A program made the position numbers and the translations under genes. DNA of 48,976 nucleotides from an uncultured Methanobrevibacter sp. (lineage in GTDB: Archaea > Methanobacteriota > Methanobacteria > Methanobacteriales > Methanobacteriaceae), in assembly GCA_902782595.1 (NCBI GenBank), contig CACZNW010000022.1, positions 1 to 48,976 on the forward strand, written 5' to 3'. Below are positions 29,548 through 40,914 of the stretch, one piece after another; the first letter of the stretch is position 1; each line of letters starts with the position of its first letter. Below the pieces are notes generated by a model. The model was not told the origin of the DNA, searched no databases, and saw nothing but the letters and a program-made list of their open reading frames with translations.

Positions 29548-31542
29548 CTATTTAATCTTAAATGATATTTTTTTACTAATGTAGTTGCTATTTGTATTTA
29601 AATATACATGGATTATATGGTTTCCTTTTTTAAATGTATTCATATTTACTTTAAGAAGACCTTTAGCATTTGTTTTTAAATAAAAAGTTTTATATTTCTT
29701 TCCAGTATAAATTTTTATTGTAAATTTAGTCTTATTAAATGGCTTGTTATTTTTTTTATTTATAATGGTAACTTTTAGTTTTGAAGACTTTTTAACTGTT
29801 TTGGGAACGGTGATTTTTGCAGAGTATTTATAAAGATAACTTGTTACAAAACAAACTCCCTGATCCATTGTAACAGATAATGTCTTTTTAGTCACTGCCT
29901 TATTTTTGGGAACAGTGAATATTACTTTACCGTTGGAATCAGTTTTAAGCCATCCGCTAGTATATCCGTTTATTTTAACCTTAAGCTTCTGATTGGAAAC
30001 CGGCATTTTCCATGGGGAAGTTATGATAATTTTCAATTTAACATAACCTGAAATGGCTTCATATTTGGTTATTTTAGCATAAAATGCCCCATAAACTTTT
30101 GAGCATTTAGGAGCTGAATTTTTCAAATAAATACATTCTGAAGAAACTACATTCTGCATTTTTGAATAAACTGCACCCCCACACACAGTAGCGGTATTCT
30201 GAACAAATGAAGATTTCAAAACTATGTTTTCATCTGTTTTCAATACTAATCCTCCACCATATGGTGCAGAATTTTTTGTGAAATAACAGTCAGTAATATT
30301 AACTGCACCTATATGTGTATAAATTGCTCCTCCACTAGTATATGCACTATTTTGAGTAAAAGAACAGTTTACAATATCAGTTTCACCGTATTTTGAAAAT
30401 ATTGCTCCTCCATAACCACTAACACTATTTTTAGTGAATGTTGAATCAATTACGGTGACATTTGACCTATAATGTGAATCATATGAATTAATATAAAGTG
30501 CACCACCATTTATTGCAGAATTGTCCTCAAAAGTACAATTTTTAACAACAGCAGACTTTGATGTGTCCAATGCTACAACTCCTCCCGTATAAGTCACAAC
30601 ATTATTTCTGAATGTGGAATTGATAATTTCGGCTATACCAAATTCATCTAAATAAATTACTCCATTACTTTTTGCAGTATTATTTTCAAATAAACAGTTT
30701 TCCACATATAATATGCTCTGATTTGTATTTACGTCATCCCATGTTACAATTAATATTGTAGTTAAAGACCCTATATTGTCCCTAAAAACAGTGTCAAACA
30801 GTTTTAAAACTGTACCTATTTTCATACAAATGGCACTGCCCATTCCTTTTTTGAATTCCTTCCATGGCAAATTAGAAACTCTAGTGCCGGTGTTATTGTA
30901 GAATTCTGAATTGCGAATTTCAATAAATGACCCATCACAACCGTATATTGCTCCGCCGTTAGAGTTATATACATGATTTCCACGGAAAGAACAATTTTCT
31001 ATTGAAATATTAGAATTTTTTCCAGCAAGAATGGCGCCACCGTTTAAATCTTTAATATATCCATTCATCAATGTCATGTCTTTTAAAGTTACTCTACAAT
31101 TTTCCTCTATTGATAAACATCTGGCAATAAAGCTTCCATCAATAAAGCAGTTGTTTTGTCCAATAATAGTTAAATTTTTTGATATCACAACACCGTTTAT
31201 AAGCAAACTGTCTACAGAAGAGTAATACTTATAACTTTTATTTATAATTAAAATGGAATCCATCTCTGTTTCATTAATCAAACTGGATAATTCTGTAAAT
31301 GTTTTATAAGTTATATTGTCCTGTAGAGTTTTATTATCTGTTTCATCGTTAGTTTCATTACCATATAAGGATTTTGAATCATCATCTTTAAGGATTTCAT
31401 CATTATTTTGAATTGAAATTTGATTTTGTGATTTTATAGGGGTAGCATCATCTATTGTATGATTTGATGATGCATTAATTGCATTGCAACTTAATAAGAT
31501 TAACATGATGCAACTAAAAATAATATATTTCTTCAATTCCAT
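29548..31542 (-). CDS. Adhesin-like protein: signal peptide, beta-helix repeats, Lys-rich Ig-like C-terminal domains
   Basis: MELKKYIIF start at 31542 with GAGGT RBS; TFTELSSLI, GGAI/FxxN repeats, KTDSNG/KTNAKG motifs. Confidence 0.88.
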   Translation of the reverse strand: MELKKYIIFSCIMLILLSCNAINASSNHTIDDATPIKSQNQISIQNNDEILKDDDSKSLYGNETNDETDNKTLQDNITYKTFTELSSLINETEMDSILIINKSYKYYSSVDSLLINGVVISKNLTIIGQNNCFIDGSFIARCLSIEENCRVTLKDMTLMNGYIKDLNGGAILAGKNSNISIENCSFRGNHVYNSNGGAIYGCDGSFIEIRNSEFYNNTGTRVSNLPWKEFKKGMGSAICMKIGTVLKLFDTVFRDNIGSLTTILIVTWDDVNTNQSILYVENCLFENNTAKSNGVIYLDEFGIAEIINSTFRNNVVTYTGGVVALDTSKSAVVKNCTFEDNSAINGGALYINSYDSHYRSNVTVIDSTFTKNSVSGYGGAIFSKYGETDIVNCSFTQNSAYTSGGAIYTHIGAVNITDCYFTKNSAPYGGGLVLKTDENIVLKSSFVQNTATVCGGAVYSKMQNVVSSECIYLKNSAPKCSKVYGAFYAKITKYEAISGYVKLKIIITSPWKMPVSNQKLKVKINGYTSGWLKTDSNGKVIFTVPKNKAVTKKTLSVTMDQGVCFVTSYLYKYSAKITVPKTVKKSSKLKVTIINKKNNKPFNKTKFTIKIYTGKKYKTFYLKTNAKGLLKVNMNTFKKGNHIIHVYLNTNSNYISKKISFKIK

Positions 31543-31705
31543 ACTATGACCTCTTAATTTACACAATTAAAGTATTAAATTTGTGTCTTACTAAATATAT
31601 AATAATAAACTAAAATAAAAAGGTTATGATAACAGATGTAATGTCATAAATTTGAGTCTAATTGTTATTTTTTGAACCACCATGACATCTACAAGGCGAG
31701 ATGGT

Positions 31706-32683
31706 TCAAGTTTCGGATTTGATGAAAATATTGCAAATGGAATCTAAAAATTTATTCAGATATTTAGTAATAAAGTCTCTTGATAAAATAAATGTTACTA
31801 TAAACATTGTTGAAAGCACTACAATGGCTCCAAGGAGATCTTTATCAAAATTAGCAGAAATAACAGGTTTAATATATCTGAGTAAGTATAGGTGAAGTAG
31901 ATATACTGCCATGGAGTTTCTTCCGAATTTGGTTATAATCATTTCTTTATCGGGCATTATATTATTTAAAACTAAAACAAACAGTATTCCGATAATTATT
32001 ATAATGAATCTGTAGAACATTTTAATTGCAAAATGTTTGTGGTATGGATGTTGTAATAAAATAACTCTTGACGGTATAAAATAGGCTGCAATACAGCAGG
32101 CTATCATAACTAATATAAATAAAACATATAATAATTTTTTATTGTTCCAAATAACGTTTAGATTAAATTTTTCTGTAAGGTCATTATAATAGAATCCTAT
32201 TAGGAACACGGGCATATAAACAAAAATTCTTGTAATGGCTAATATGTCTCCTGGAATATTTATCATTCCAATCAGCAATGCGCCTATTAATGAGATAAGA
32301 ATCGGATACCTAAATCTGTCCATTATACTTAGCGACATTTTCATTACAAATAAAGCAAATAAAAACCATAATGCTCTTCCGGGCTTTAAAAATAATACTC
32401 CTCCCGTCCATCCTGCGACAAGATATAAGAACAACTTCCAAAGAATACAAAAAACAATATAGGGAACAAACAATCTTTTAAATGCTTTCAAAGATTCATC
32501 TGGACCAATTTTTGAGAAATATCCGGCAACAAAAAAGAAAATCGGTAAATGGATAATATAAATAACATGATGATCAAAATAGGAATTAAATATTTTTGGC
32601 AAATGACCTAAAACAATCAACATTATTGCCAAACCTTTTAAATTATCGTATTTATGTATCCTAACTGATTTTTGACTATTCAT
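31706..32683 (-). CDS. Acyltransferase-3 family protein (fucose O-acetylase-like subgroup)
   Basis: YDNLKGLAIMLIVLGH, HLPIFFFVAGYF, LWFL, GRNSMAVYLLH. Confidence 0.9.
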   Translation of the reverse strand: MNSQKSVRIHKYDNLKGLAIMLIVLGHLPKIFNSYFDHHVIYIIHLPIFFFVAGYFSKIGPDESLKAFKRLFVPYIVFCILWKLFLYLVAGWTGGVLFLKPGRALWFLFALFVMKMSLSIMDRFRYPILISLIGALLIGMINIPGDILAITRIFVYMPVFLIGFYYNDLTEKFNLNVIWNNKKLLYVLFILVMIACCIAAYFIPSRVILLQHPYHKHFAIKMFYRFIIIIIGILFVLVLNNIMPDKEMIITKFGRNSMAVYLLHLYLLRYIKPVISANFDKDLLGAIVVLSTMFIVTFILSRDFITKYLNKFLDSICNIFIKSET

Positions 32684-32773
32684 AAATTTACCTCAAATCC
32701 CTGTGCCCTAAATTCTGTGAACGGATTTTAATACAGCAAAAGTATAATATGTTAAATTTAATAATTAACACCT

Positions 32774-33871
32774 CTAGTTTGCTCCGCTGAAATATTTTAA
32801 TATTGGTATCTTGCTAAATATAAATGTTATCAACCAGGCAAGGAATGTTATGGCCATTAAGACAACTGGAATATATGCCGGACTTAATGAGTATATCGGT
32901 GTGATATTCTTAGTTACCCATCCTAACGGATATAATATGAAATAATGAGTTAAAAACATTCCATAACTGCATACGCTTATGGATAATATGATTGTTGACA
33001 TATAAGTGTCTTTAAAGAAGGAATAAATCCTGTTTTTAATAGTGTCTTTGTTATTTTCACAATACTTGCTGAAATACATGACGAATAGGAATAAACCTAT
33101 TGCCTGTAATGTAGAAACTATCCTTCTGTAACCATAATAAATTAACTTATCTGCATGAGAACTTTGAATCATAGTGTAGTTAATATTTACTAGTGTAAAT
33201 ACAATTAATAATGCCAGTCCGATTAAATACATTTGTTTATCTGAAAATCTGAATTTTTTAACAGACAAATAGTAACCCAAAGGGAAATAACCGAAATAAC
33301 CTGCAAAAATCTCTGTCCAGCCGAGAGAATGTGCTGAAACAAGTTTGGTGAAAAAGTCTATTTTAAGGTCTTTAAGAATAATTATGAATACAAACCATAA
33401 TATTAAAAGATATGCCAATCCCTCAAGGTCATATTCCTTAATAAATGAATTAAGAATAGGTAATAATAAATAGGCTCCAATTAACATCCATACAAACCAA
33501 TATTCGCTTGTAGCAATGATACGCACATATTCGGTCAATGTCCAGGGATTGCCATAACATATCATGAACAGAAATGGATGAAGTAGTGCCCAAAATATAA
33601 ATGGAATTAAAATTCTTGAAAATCTTCTTTTTATGAAATCCTTTAATTTATAATCTCTATTCAACAATAGAGCACCACTTATCATTAAAAATATGGGAAC
33701 ACCAATGACTGCAATGTCTTGAAAACATATTGCAAAACACCAGTCAAATGTTCCGACAGGGTGTGTATATGAAAACTGTTTGGCTGTATGTGACAATATA
33801 ACAAGAATAATAGCTAGTGTCCTTAATACATCATAATAAAATATCCGTTTACTGTTATCATATGCTCCCAT
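32774..33871 (-). CDS. Acyltransferase-3 family membrane O-acyltransferase, paralog of 28173
   Basis: RIFYYDVLRTLAIILVILSH, GVPIFLMISGALLL, YWFVW, SYGMFLTH. Confidence 0.92.
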   Translation of the reverse strand: MGAYDNSKRIFYYDVLRTLAIILVILSHTAKQFSYTHPVGTFDWCFAICFQDIAVIGVPIFLMISGALLLNRDYKLKDFIKRRFSRILIPFIFWALLHPFLFMICYGNPWTLTEYVRIIATSEYWFVWMLIGAYLLLPILNSFIKEYDLEGLAYLLILWFVFIIILKDLKIDFFTKLVSAHSLGWTEIFAGYFGYFPLGYYLSVKKFRFSDKQMYLIGLALLIVFTLVNINYTMIQSSHADKLIYYGYRRIVSTLQAIGLFLFVMYFSKYCENNKDTIKNRIYSFFKDTYMSTIILSISVCSYGMFLTHYFILYPLGWVTKNITPIYSLSPAYIPVVLMAITFLAWLITFIFSKIPILKYFSGAN

Positions 33872-34215
33872 TTTAATCTCCTATCCGTTATTAAGGGGTT
33901 GTTGAAATTTAACTTTGTAAAATTTTCCCTCATTTCATTTTCTATATTTGGGAGTATCACATTAAATAATTTATGATTTTTTAATTTGATTTGTTAATCA
34001 TAAGTTAAAAATATTATATATATTTTTACTTATAATTGTACATATGTTTTATTTAATGATGATAAAGTATAAATTGAACAGTAATGATGCAACTAAATGC
34101 AAAATGCAAAAATTAGTTAATATTTTGATATCTAATGAACATGATGTTTCAACGATTAATTTTAAATATATTTAATAATAGATTTAATACTGTATAAGGT
34201 AAAAGTAGTGAAATA

Positions 34216-36153
34216 ATGACCAATCCTAAAATTTCGGTTATAATTCCAATTTATAATGTTGAAGATTATCTTGAAGATACATTAGATTCCATCTTAAATC
34301 AAACTATTTTGGATGATATTGAAGTTTTGATGATTGATGATGGAAGCACCGACAATTCAAGATATATTATAGAAAGATATGCCCTTGATTATGAAAATTT
34401 CCATGCATTTCATAAAGAAAATAACGGACAGGGTGTTGCGAGAAATTTTGGTTTGAAATATGCTAAAGGAGAATATATTCATTTTTTAGATTCTGATGAT
34501 ATTATAATCCCGGATAGTTATGAAAAATTATATAATGTAGTTAGTCAGGGTAATCATGATTTTATTGTAGCAAATGTGTTGAGATTTGACAGGTATAACT
34601 GCAAAAATGAAAAATTATTTAAAAACAGTTTGCAGGGATTGAAAGAAAATACGAAACTTTGCGGTTTGGATAATCATCCTCAACTGGTTTGGGACAGCAT
34701 TGCATGTAACAAGCTTATTAAAAAACAATTTTTGGAAGAAAAAAATATTAAATTTTTAGAGAGAAAAATATTTTTTGAAGATCTGTTATTTTCTATTGAA
34801 TGTTATTGTGAATCTGAATCTTTTGTGTTTTTAGATTATTACTTCTATTACTGGAGACTTAGAACCGATTCTTCATCAGTTACTCAAAATAATAAGGATA
34901 TTAAAAACTTTAAGGACAGATTGGAAATAATCAGATTAATTTGGGATTTAATTAAAAAATATGATCTTAAAGATTCAACAGTAAATGTTCTATATGAAAA
35001 ATGGTTATCTCATGATTTAATGTTATTTATCAAAAAAATTGATAATTATCCTTTAGAACTCATTGATGATTTGCTGGATGAGATACTGGACATAATTTCT
35101 CTAATTCCAAGGGAACTTAAGGAAAATCTTGATTCATATTCTAAAATTGTTTATAAAATGATTGAAAATAAAGATATTGATAACTTATTGTATTTTGCAC
35201 CTTTGCAAAATAAATTAAAGAGTAATCCTGACATGAAATTAAATCTAAATCAGGAATATCTTAATCTGATTGATTTCATTGAAGATAGTGCAAATGAAGA
35301 GTTGTCAGTTAAAAAAACTGATGTGGCTCATGATGATAAAAATATTTTCATAGAATTTGAAGCCAAAATTAATTATTTATCTTCAAAATCATCTCATAAT
35401 ATTAATGCAATTTTAATTGATGAAAATGATAATGAATTTGATTTGAAAATAACAGACAATCAGATTATTGTTCCATTTGATTTAATTATGGATAAACATT
35501 TCCTTAAAATAAAAATGAAGTATTGCTATGAATCTTATTGTAAGGAATCTTATTTAATCAATACCAGGAGGCAAAGTATTATTTTTAATAATTCCGATTT
35601 TGAGTTTGGTATTGGATTAAACAAAATATTTTTCATCAATATCAGAAAGATAAGCACAGATTTAATATGTATAAATAATATTGATTTTGTTGATGATTCT
35701 TTTGTATTTGAGGGTAAAAGTAAGCACAGATTTGATTCCGTGATGATTGAAAATGTTGTTTTTCTTGAAAAAATCAGTTATCCCGTTATTTTTAAAAATG
35801 ATGATTTTTCATTTATAATCCCATATTCCGATATGATAAGTTCACCAATCAGAAAATGGGAATTAAAATCCGGTTATTTAATGGAACTGCCTAAAAAGTT
35901 CACATTTTTCGAGTCATGTATTGAAATTTATTTTGCAAATACTCGAAATAAAATATTAATGTCTGTTGATTATTATGATAATTTAAAGAGAATATCTAAG
36001 TTAAATAATGATTTAATATCGTCAAGAGGAAAAATTAGAAAGTTAAAAGCAAGAAATTCAGAATTAACTGATGAAATTAAAGAATTAAAAAAACTTATTC
36101 GGGAGTATAGGTCTAGAAAAGTTGTAAGGTTTGCCGATAAATTTAAACGTTAA
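34216..36153 (+). CDS. GT2 glycosyltransferase with extended C-terminus and coiled-coil tail
   Basis: ISVIIPIYN, DDGSTD, ARNFG, FLDSDD, FED. Confidence 0.92.
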   Translation: MTNPKISVIIPIYNVEDYLEDTLDSILNQTILDDIEVLMIDDGSTDNSRYIIERYALDYENFHAFHKENNGQGVARNFGLKYAKGEYIHFLDSDDIIIPDSYEKLYNVVSQGNHDFIVANVLRFDRYNCKNEKLFKNSLQGLKENTKLCGLDNHPQLVWDSIACNKLIKKQFLEEKNIKFLERKIFFEDLLFSIECYCESESFVFLDYYFYYWRLRTDSSSVTQNNKDIKNFKDRLEIIRLIWDLIKKYDLKDSTVNVLYEKWLSHDLMLFIKKIDNYPLELIDDLLDEILDIISLIPRELKENLDSYSKIVYKMIENKDIDNLLYFAPLQNKLKSNPDMKLNLNQEYLNLIDFIEDSANEELSVKKTDVAHDDKNIFIEFEAKINYLSSKSSHNINAILIDENDNEFDLKITDNQIIVPFDLIMDKHFLKIKMKYCYESYCKESYLINTRRQSIIFNNSDFEFGIGLNKIFFINIRKISTDLICINNIDFVDDSFVFEGKSKHRFDSVMIENVVFLEKISYPVIFKNDDFSFIIPYSDMISSPIRKWELKSGYLMELPKKFTFFESCIEIYFANTRNKILMSVDYYDNLKRISKLNNDLISSRGKIRKLKARNSELTDEIKELKKLIREYRSRKVVRFADKFKR

Positions 36154-36227
36154 CAAAGTTCAGATGGAATATTATTTATATATTTCTTACTAAATTTAAT
36201 AATATAAAGTTCAATTGGGAGTTCAAT

Positions 36228-37385
36228 ATGGTTAAAATTTCTATTCTTATTCCAGTTTATAATGCAGAGGAATTTCTTCATGATTCCATTCCCTCATTAT
36301 TAAATCAGACTCTAGATGATATAGAATTAATATGCGTTAATGATGGGTCAAAAGATAATTCATTAAATATCTTAAATGAATTTGCATCCATGGATTCACG
36401 TGTTAAAGTTATAAATAAAGAAAATGGAGGATGTGGTTCTGCAAGAAACCGAGCATTAGATGAGGCTAGCGGGGACTATATTTATTTCTTCGATCCGGAT
36501 GATATGATTGAAAATAATGCATTAAAGCTTGCTTACAATATGGCAGTTAAGAATAATTCTGATTTAGTTATCTTCAAATCAAATGTATTTGATAAAAACG
36601 GAATAAGCAACAGAGAAACTTATTTTACATATAATCGCACAATAGACAAGAAAGATTTTGAAAATTTATCATTTAAGCATATAAAAGAATATGTTTTAAA
36701 AGGAGGTTATGCTCCTTGGTCTAAATTATATAAAAAAGATTTCATTGATTCATATGATGATTTCAGATTCAACATAGGCCTTGCTTTTGATGATACACCT
36801 TTTCATGTAAAAACCATGCTTAGAGCTAAAAGAATCTCTTTTATAAATAAGTTTTTACATCATTATAGGGTTGACAATGTAAATTCTGTGAATCACACTT
36901 CTTCAAACGGTTTTGATATTTTTAAAATCATAGATATTGTGGAAGATATTCTAGTTAATGAAAACTATTTTGAAGAACTGGAAACCGAATTTTATGTATT
37001 TCAGATACATCATACATTACTCTACATAGTCTCTACGAATTCGGCGGATTATTATGATACTGCCCGTGAAAGATTTAAAAAAATTGATCGCAATCATCTC
37101 AAAGGCCATAAATATCTAACATCATATTTCGATTTGGTTTTAGAATATGAAGATTACAACGAGTTCAAACCACTTTATGAGAAGTTACTTTTGGAAAATA
37201 AGATTACAAGATATGAAAATCAGATAAATAAATTAAAAAATGAAAATTCCAAACTTAAAAAAATGAACTCTCAATTAAAAAAGGAAAATAAAATACTTAA
37301 GAAACATAATGATGAATTAGTTAACTCTAAAAGTTATAAAATTACTAAACCTTTACGTGAAATAAAAAAAATGGTTGATAAATAA
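36228..37385 (+). CDS. GT2 glycosyltransferase with C-terminal coiled coil
   Basis: ISILIPVYN, NDGSKD, ARNRAL, FDPDD; tail NSKSYKITKPLR. Confidence 0.93.
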   Translation: MVKISILIPVYNAEEFLHDSIPSLLNQTLDDIELICVNDGSKDNSLNILNEFASMDSRVKVINKENGGCGSARNRALDEASGDYIYFFDPDDMIENNALKLAYNMAVKNNSDLVIFKSNVFDKNGISNRETYFTYNRTIDKKDFENLSFKHIKEYVLKGGYAPWSKLYKKDFIDSYDDFRFNIGLAFDDTPFHVKTMLRAKRISFINKFLHHYRVDNVNSVNHTSSNGFDIFKIIDIVEDILVNENYFEELETEFYVFQIHHTLLYIVSTNSADYYDTARERFKKIDRNHLKGHKYLTSYFDLVLEYEDYNEFKPLYEKLLLENKITRYENQINKLKNENSKLKKMNSQLKKENKILKKHNDELVNSKSYKITKPLREIKKMVDK

Positions 37386-37587
37386 ATATTTTGGTTATTA
37401 ATTCAGGTTTGTTGGTTTGTAATGTGAAATAAAGTTTTTTCCAATGGGTTAACATAATTTTTTCTAAAATTCAAAATCATTATTTTAAAAAAATCAAAAA
37501 ATCAACAGATAAAAGGTATTTTCAACTTAAATATTGGAGAATAGGTTTATAAGGTTGTTTTAATAAATAATAAGTAGGTGTTATTAA

Positions 37588-38559
37588 ATGGTTTTCAATA
37601 AATTCAAGCAAAAAATTTTGAATAGTAGTGAATCTTATAATTATTATAAAGCAAAATCTAAAGAAGCGGAAAAGTATGAAAAAATTTTAGATTCTTATAA
37701 TAAACTTTTCAATTCATTATATCTTGATTTTGAACTCACTCCAACACCATTTTTAAGAAATGTAAGGGAACTCGGATATGAATCTCTTACTTTTTTAGAT
37801 AATGTATGTAAAAAATATAATTTGAACTGGTGGCTTGATGGAGGAACGCTCCTGGGAGCAGTTCGACATGGAGATTTTATCCCATGGGATGATGATTTGG
37901 ATACCGCAATGATGAGAGCAGATTATAATGTATTGTGTGATGTAATTGATGATGAAATAATTAATAACGGATTGGATAATGTTACAGCCACATTCAAATC
38001 AGAAACTTACAGGAAAGAACCTGTTCACAGGTGGATTCAGATACACTACAAACACCCAGATTATTTTGAAAAGAAATATTCATTTGTAGGATTGGATATT
38101 TTCCCATTCGATTATCTGAAAGGTTATCACGGACAAAATATTGAAGACCAGTATCAGGAAGCCAGAGCACGTTTTTATCGTGAAAACCGTGAAGGTCTTG
38201 ATTATGATAGCGCATTAAAGAACTGTTATGATAGTTTAAATCTTAGTTTTGAAAGCCAAGATCATTATATTTCAGGTGTTGAAGGAACAAGGGGGCCAGT
38301 CAATACATATAAGTTAGTTATGATGGAAACCGATAAGTTATTCCCTCTTAAAAGAATCAACTTTGGAGTGAATAAATATCCTGTTCCTAATGACTATATT
38401 GATTATTTGATTGCACAATATGGTGAGAGTTATCTTAAAATCCCTAAAGTAATCAGAGATCATAACAGATTAGGTAGAATTCGTGGAATTGAAGGAATTA
38501 ATGAAAAATTGGAAGAAGCAGTTAATATTTTCAAAAAAGCAAATCAAAATTTTAAATAA
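37588..38559 (+). CDS. licD: LicD family phosphotransferase (CDP-alcohol donor)
   Basis: GGTLLGAVRHGDFIPWDDDLD, LDIFPFD, YL..QYG. Confidence 0.9.
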   Translation: MVFNKFKQKILNSSESYNYYKAKSKEAEKYEKILDSYNKLFNSLYLDFELTPTPFLRNVRELGYESLTFLDNVCKKYNLNWWLDGGTLLGAVRHGDFIPWDDDLDTAMMRADYNVLCDVIDDEIINNGLDNVTATFKSETYRKEPVHRWIQIHYKHPDYFEKKYSFVGLDIFPFDYLKGYHGQNIEDQYQEARARFYRENREGLDYDSALKNCYDSLNLSFESQDHYISGVEGTRGPVNTYKLVMMETDKLFPLKRINFGVNKYPVPNDYIDYLIAQYGESYLKIPKVIRDHNRLGRIRGIEGINEKLEEAVNIFKKANQNFK

Positions 38560-38671
38560 CTATTTATCCGAATTCGAATATTTTTATTGGTTAAAGTGAT
38601 AAGAGTGTATTTAATTGTATCATTAATATTTTCCATTCTTTGTTAAACAAATAGTGGTGGTTTTTGTTAAT

Positions 38672-40642
38672 ATGGGATTTAAGAGTTGTTTGATAATTAT
38701 CACAATATTTATATTATTAATTAGTTGTGGAAGTATGGTTTATGCAGTATCGGACAGTAATGATTCTGCAGCTATAAATTATTATGATGATGAAATTATC
38801 TCAATAGAAAATGAAAATCAAATTATTGAGTCGGATGAAAATAGTTCCGGAGTTTATGATAACGATAATTTAGAAAATAATTCCATTAAATCTTTTTCAT
38901 ATCTGGCTGATTTAATTGATAATGCTGAAGAAAATTCAACAATTTATTTAAATGAATCTTGTAAATTCAATTCAAGTTTGGATAATGCATCATTGATTGA
39001 TGGTGTTGTAATTTCAAAAAACATAACTGTAATAGGTAAAAATAATCCGTTTATTGATGGAAGTGGGATTGCTAGAGGATTTAATATAAATTCGGGATGC
39101 TGTGTTATTTTAAAGAATATTCTATTTAAAAATGGATATACTAAAAACGGTGGTGGAGGAGCAATAATTGTTGGGAAAAATTCCAATCTTTTAGTAGATA
39201 ACTGTACTTTCCACGACAATAAAGTTTATAATGCCAATGGTGGTGCAATATATGGTCTTGATTCATCAAATATCACGGTCAACAATACAGAATTCTACGG
39301 TAATAGAGGTATTCGTGTTAGCAGTTTAGCCTGGAAAGAATATAAATGTGGAATGGGTAGTGTCATTTGTATGAGGATTGGCTCAAATCTAAAACTATAT
39401 AATAGTATTATTAGAGATAACATCGGTTCTTTAACAACCATATTGATTATTACATGGGATGATGTAAACACTGATCAAAGCACATTATATGTAGAAAATT
39501 GTTTATTTGAGAATAACTCCGCTAAAAGTAATGGTGTGATATATTTGGATGAATTTGGAATAGCAAAAATTATTAATTCCACTTTTAGACATAATATTGT
39601 AACTTCTTATGGTTCAGTTGTTGTTTTTGATACATCAATCTCAGCTATTGTTGAAAATTGTACATTTGAACAAAATTGTGCAGTTAGTGGAGGAGCAATT
39701 TTTATTACTTCATATGATTCTAAATACCGGTCACATGTTAAAATAGAGGATTCTGCATTCATCAAAAATAGTGCTACTCAAGGTGGTGCTATTGTTTCTA
39801 AGTATTGTGTAACAGAAATAAATAATGTTTCATTTATTGAAAATTATGCTTCTTTATATGGTGGAGCAATTTATTCCCGTACAGGTTCTATTAGTATTGT
39901 TAATTCATATTTTTCTGAAAATGTTGCTGATTATGGTGGTGGATTGTATTTAAAAACTAATAAAAATACTGTATTTGATTCATCATTTGTTAAAAATTAT
40001 GCTTTTATAGCAGGTGGAGCGATATATTCAACAATGAAAAAAATATCTACAAAAGGTTGTATTTATTCTAAAAATATTGCTTTTAAGGCTTCAAAAATTT
40101 ATGGAGCATATTTTGCTAAGATTACAAAATACATTTCCGCTAATGGTAGGGTTAAATTGAAAATTAAATTATCTTCTCTGTGGAAAATGCCAATTTCACA
40201 AAAAATTAAAATAAAATTACCAGGATACACAAGTAAATGGTTAAAAACTAATAAAAAAGGTAAATTACAATTTCGGGTTCCTAAAAATAAGGCTGTTTCT
40301 AAAAAGAAATTGTCTATAAAAATGTATCCGGGAGTTTGTTATATCAAAAAGTATGCTTATAAACGTTCGGCGAATATAACTCTGCCCGATGAGGTTAAAA
40401 AATCTTCTAAGCTAAAAATTTCAATTAGAAACCATGGATCTAAAAAACTTATTAAAAAAACTAAATTTAAAGTAAAAATTTATTCTGGAAACAAGTTTAA
40501 AACATTTAACTTAAAAACCAATTCAAAAGGGATTATTAAAATAAATATGAATTCATTCTCAAAAGGTAATCACAAAATTTTGTTTTATTTAAATAATAAC
40601 AAATATTATATTAATAAAAAGGTCTCTTTTGAAATTATATAG
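38672..40642 (+). CDS. Adhesin-like protein, paralog of 29548
   Basis: Shares RVSxLxWKExKxGMGSxICMxIG, GSLTTILIxTWDDVNT and AKSNGVIYLDEFGIA with 29548; ATG at 38672 preferred. Confidence 0.88.
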   Translation: MGFKSCLIIITIFILLISCGSMVYAVSDSNDSAAINYYDDEIISIENENQIIESDENSSGVYDNDNLENNSIKSFSYLADLIDNAEENSTIYLNESCKFNSSLDNASLIDGVVISKNITVIGKNNPFIDGSGIARGFNINSGCCVILKNILFKNGYTKNGGGGAIIVGKNSNLLVDNCTFHDNKVYNANGGAIYGLDSSNITVNNTEFYGNRGIRVSSLAWKEYKCGMGSVICMRIGSNLKLYNSIIRDNIGSLTTILIITWDDVNTDQSTLYVENCLFENNSAKSNGVIYLDEFGIAKIINSTFRHNIVTSYGSVVVFDTSISAIVENCTFEQNCAVSGGAIFITSYDSKYRSHVKIEDSAFIKNSATQGGAIVSKYCVTEINNVSFIENYASLYGGAIYSRTGSISIVNSYFSENVADYGGGLYLKTNKNTVFDSSFVKNYAFIAGGAIYSTMKKISTKGCIYSKNIAFKASKIYGAYFAKITKYISANGRVKLKIKLSSLWKMPISQKIKIKLPGYTSKWLKTNKKGKLQFRVPKNKAVSKKKLSIKMYPGVCYIKKYAYKRSANITLPDEVKKSSKLKISIRNHGSKKLIKKTKFKVKIYSGNKFKTFNLKTNSKGIIKINMNSFSKGNHKILFYLNNNKYYINKKVSFEII

Positions 40643-40914
40643 GTTTGCTTGGTTGATGATTAAAAAGATGTATAAACACAAGTAAGATTAAAAATTTTTA
40701 ACATAATAATTCAGGTCTAATTTAAGAAAATGGAGATATGTAGTTTTAATGATAAGCATTATCTAATTTAACATCTTTGTTAGCTTTAATATAATGTTTG
40801 AACTATTATAGGAAAATTCTAACATTTCATTGACAGTTCTTGATTTAAATTCGCAAAATTTTAAATAATATTATAATTAAATATTTAACTACTGTTATTC
40901 AGGGGGCTATTTTA

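Noticed and set aside
34087-34112. Three ATGCAA copies in the divergent promoter region
   Set aside because: Short, irregularly spaced and plausible by chance in AT-rich DNA.
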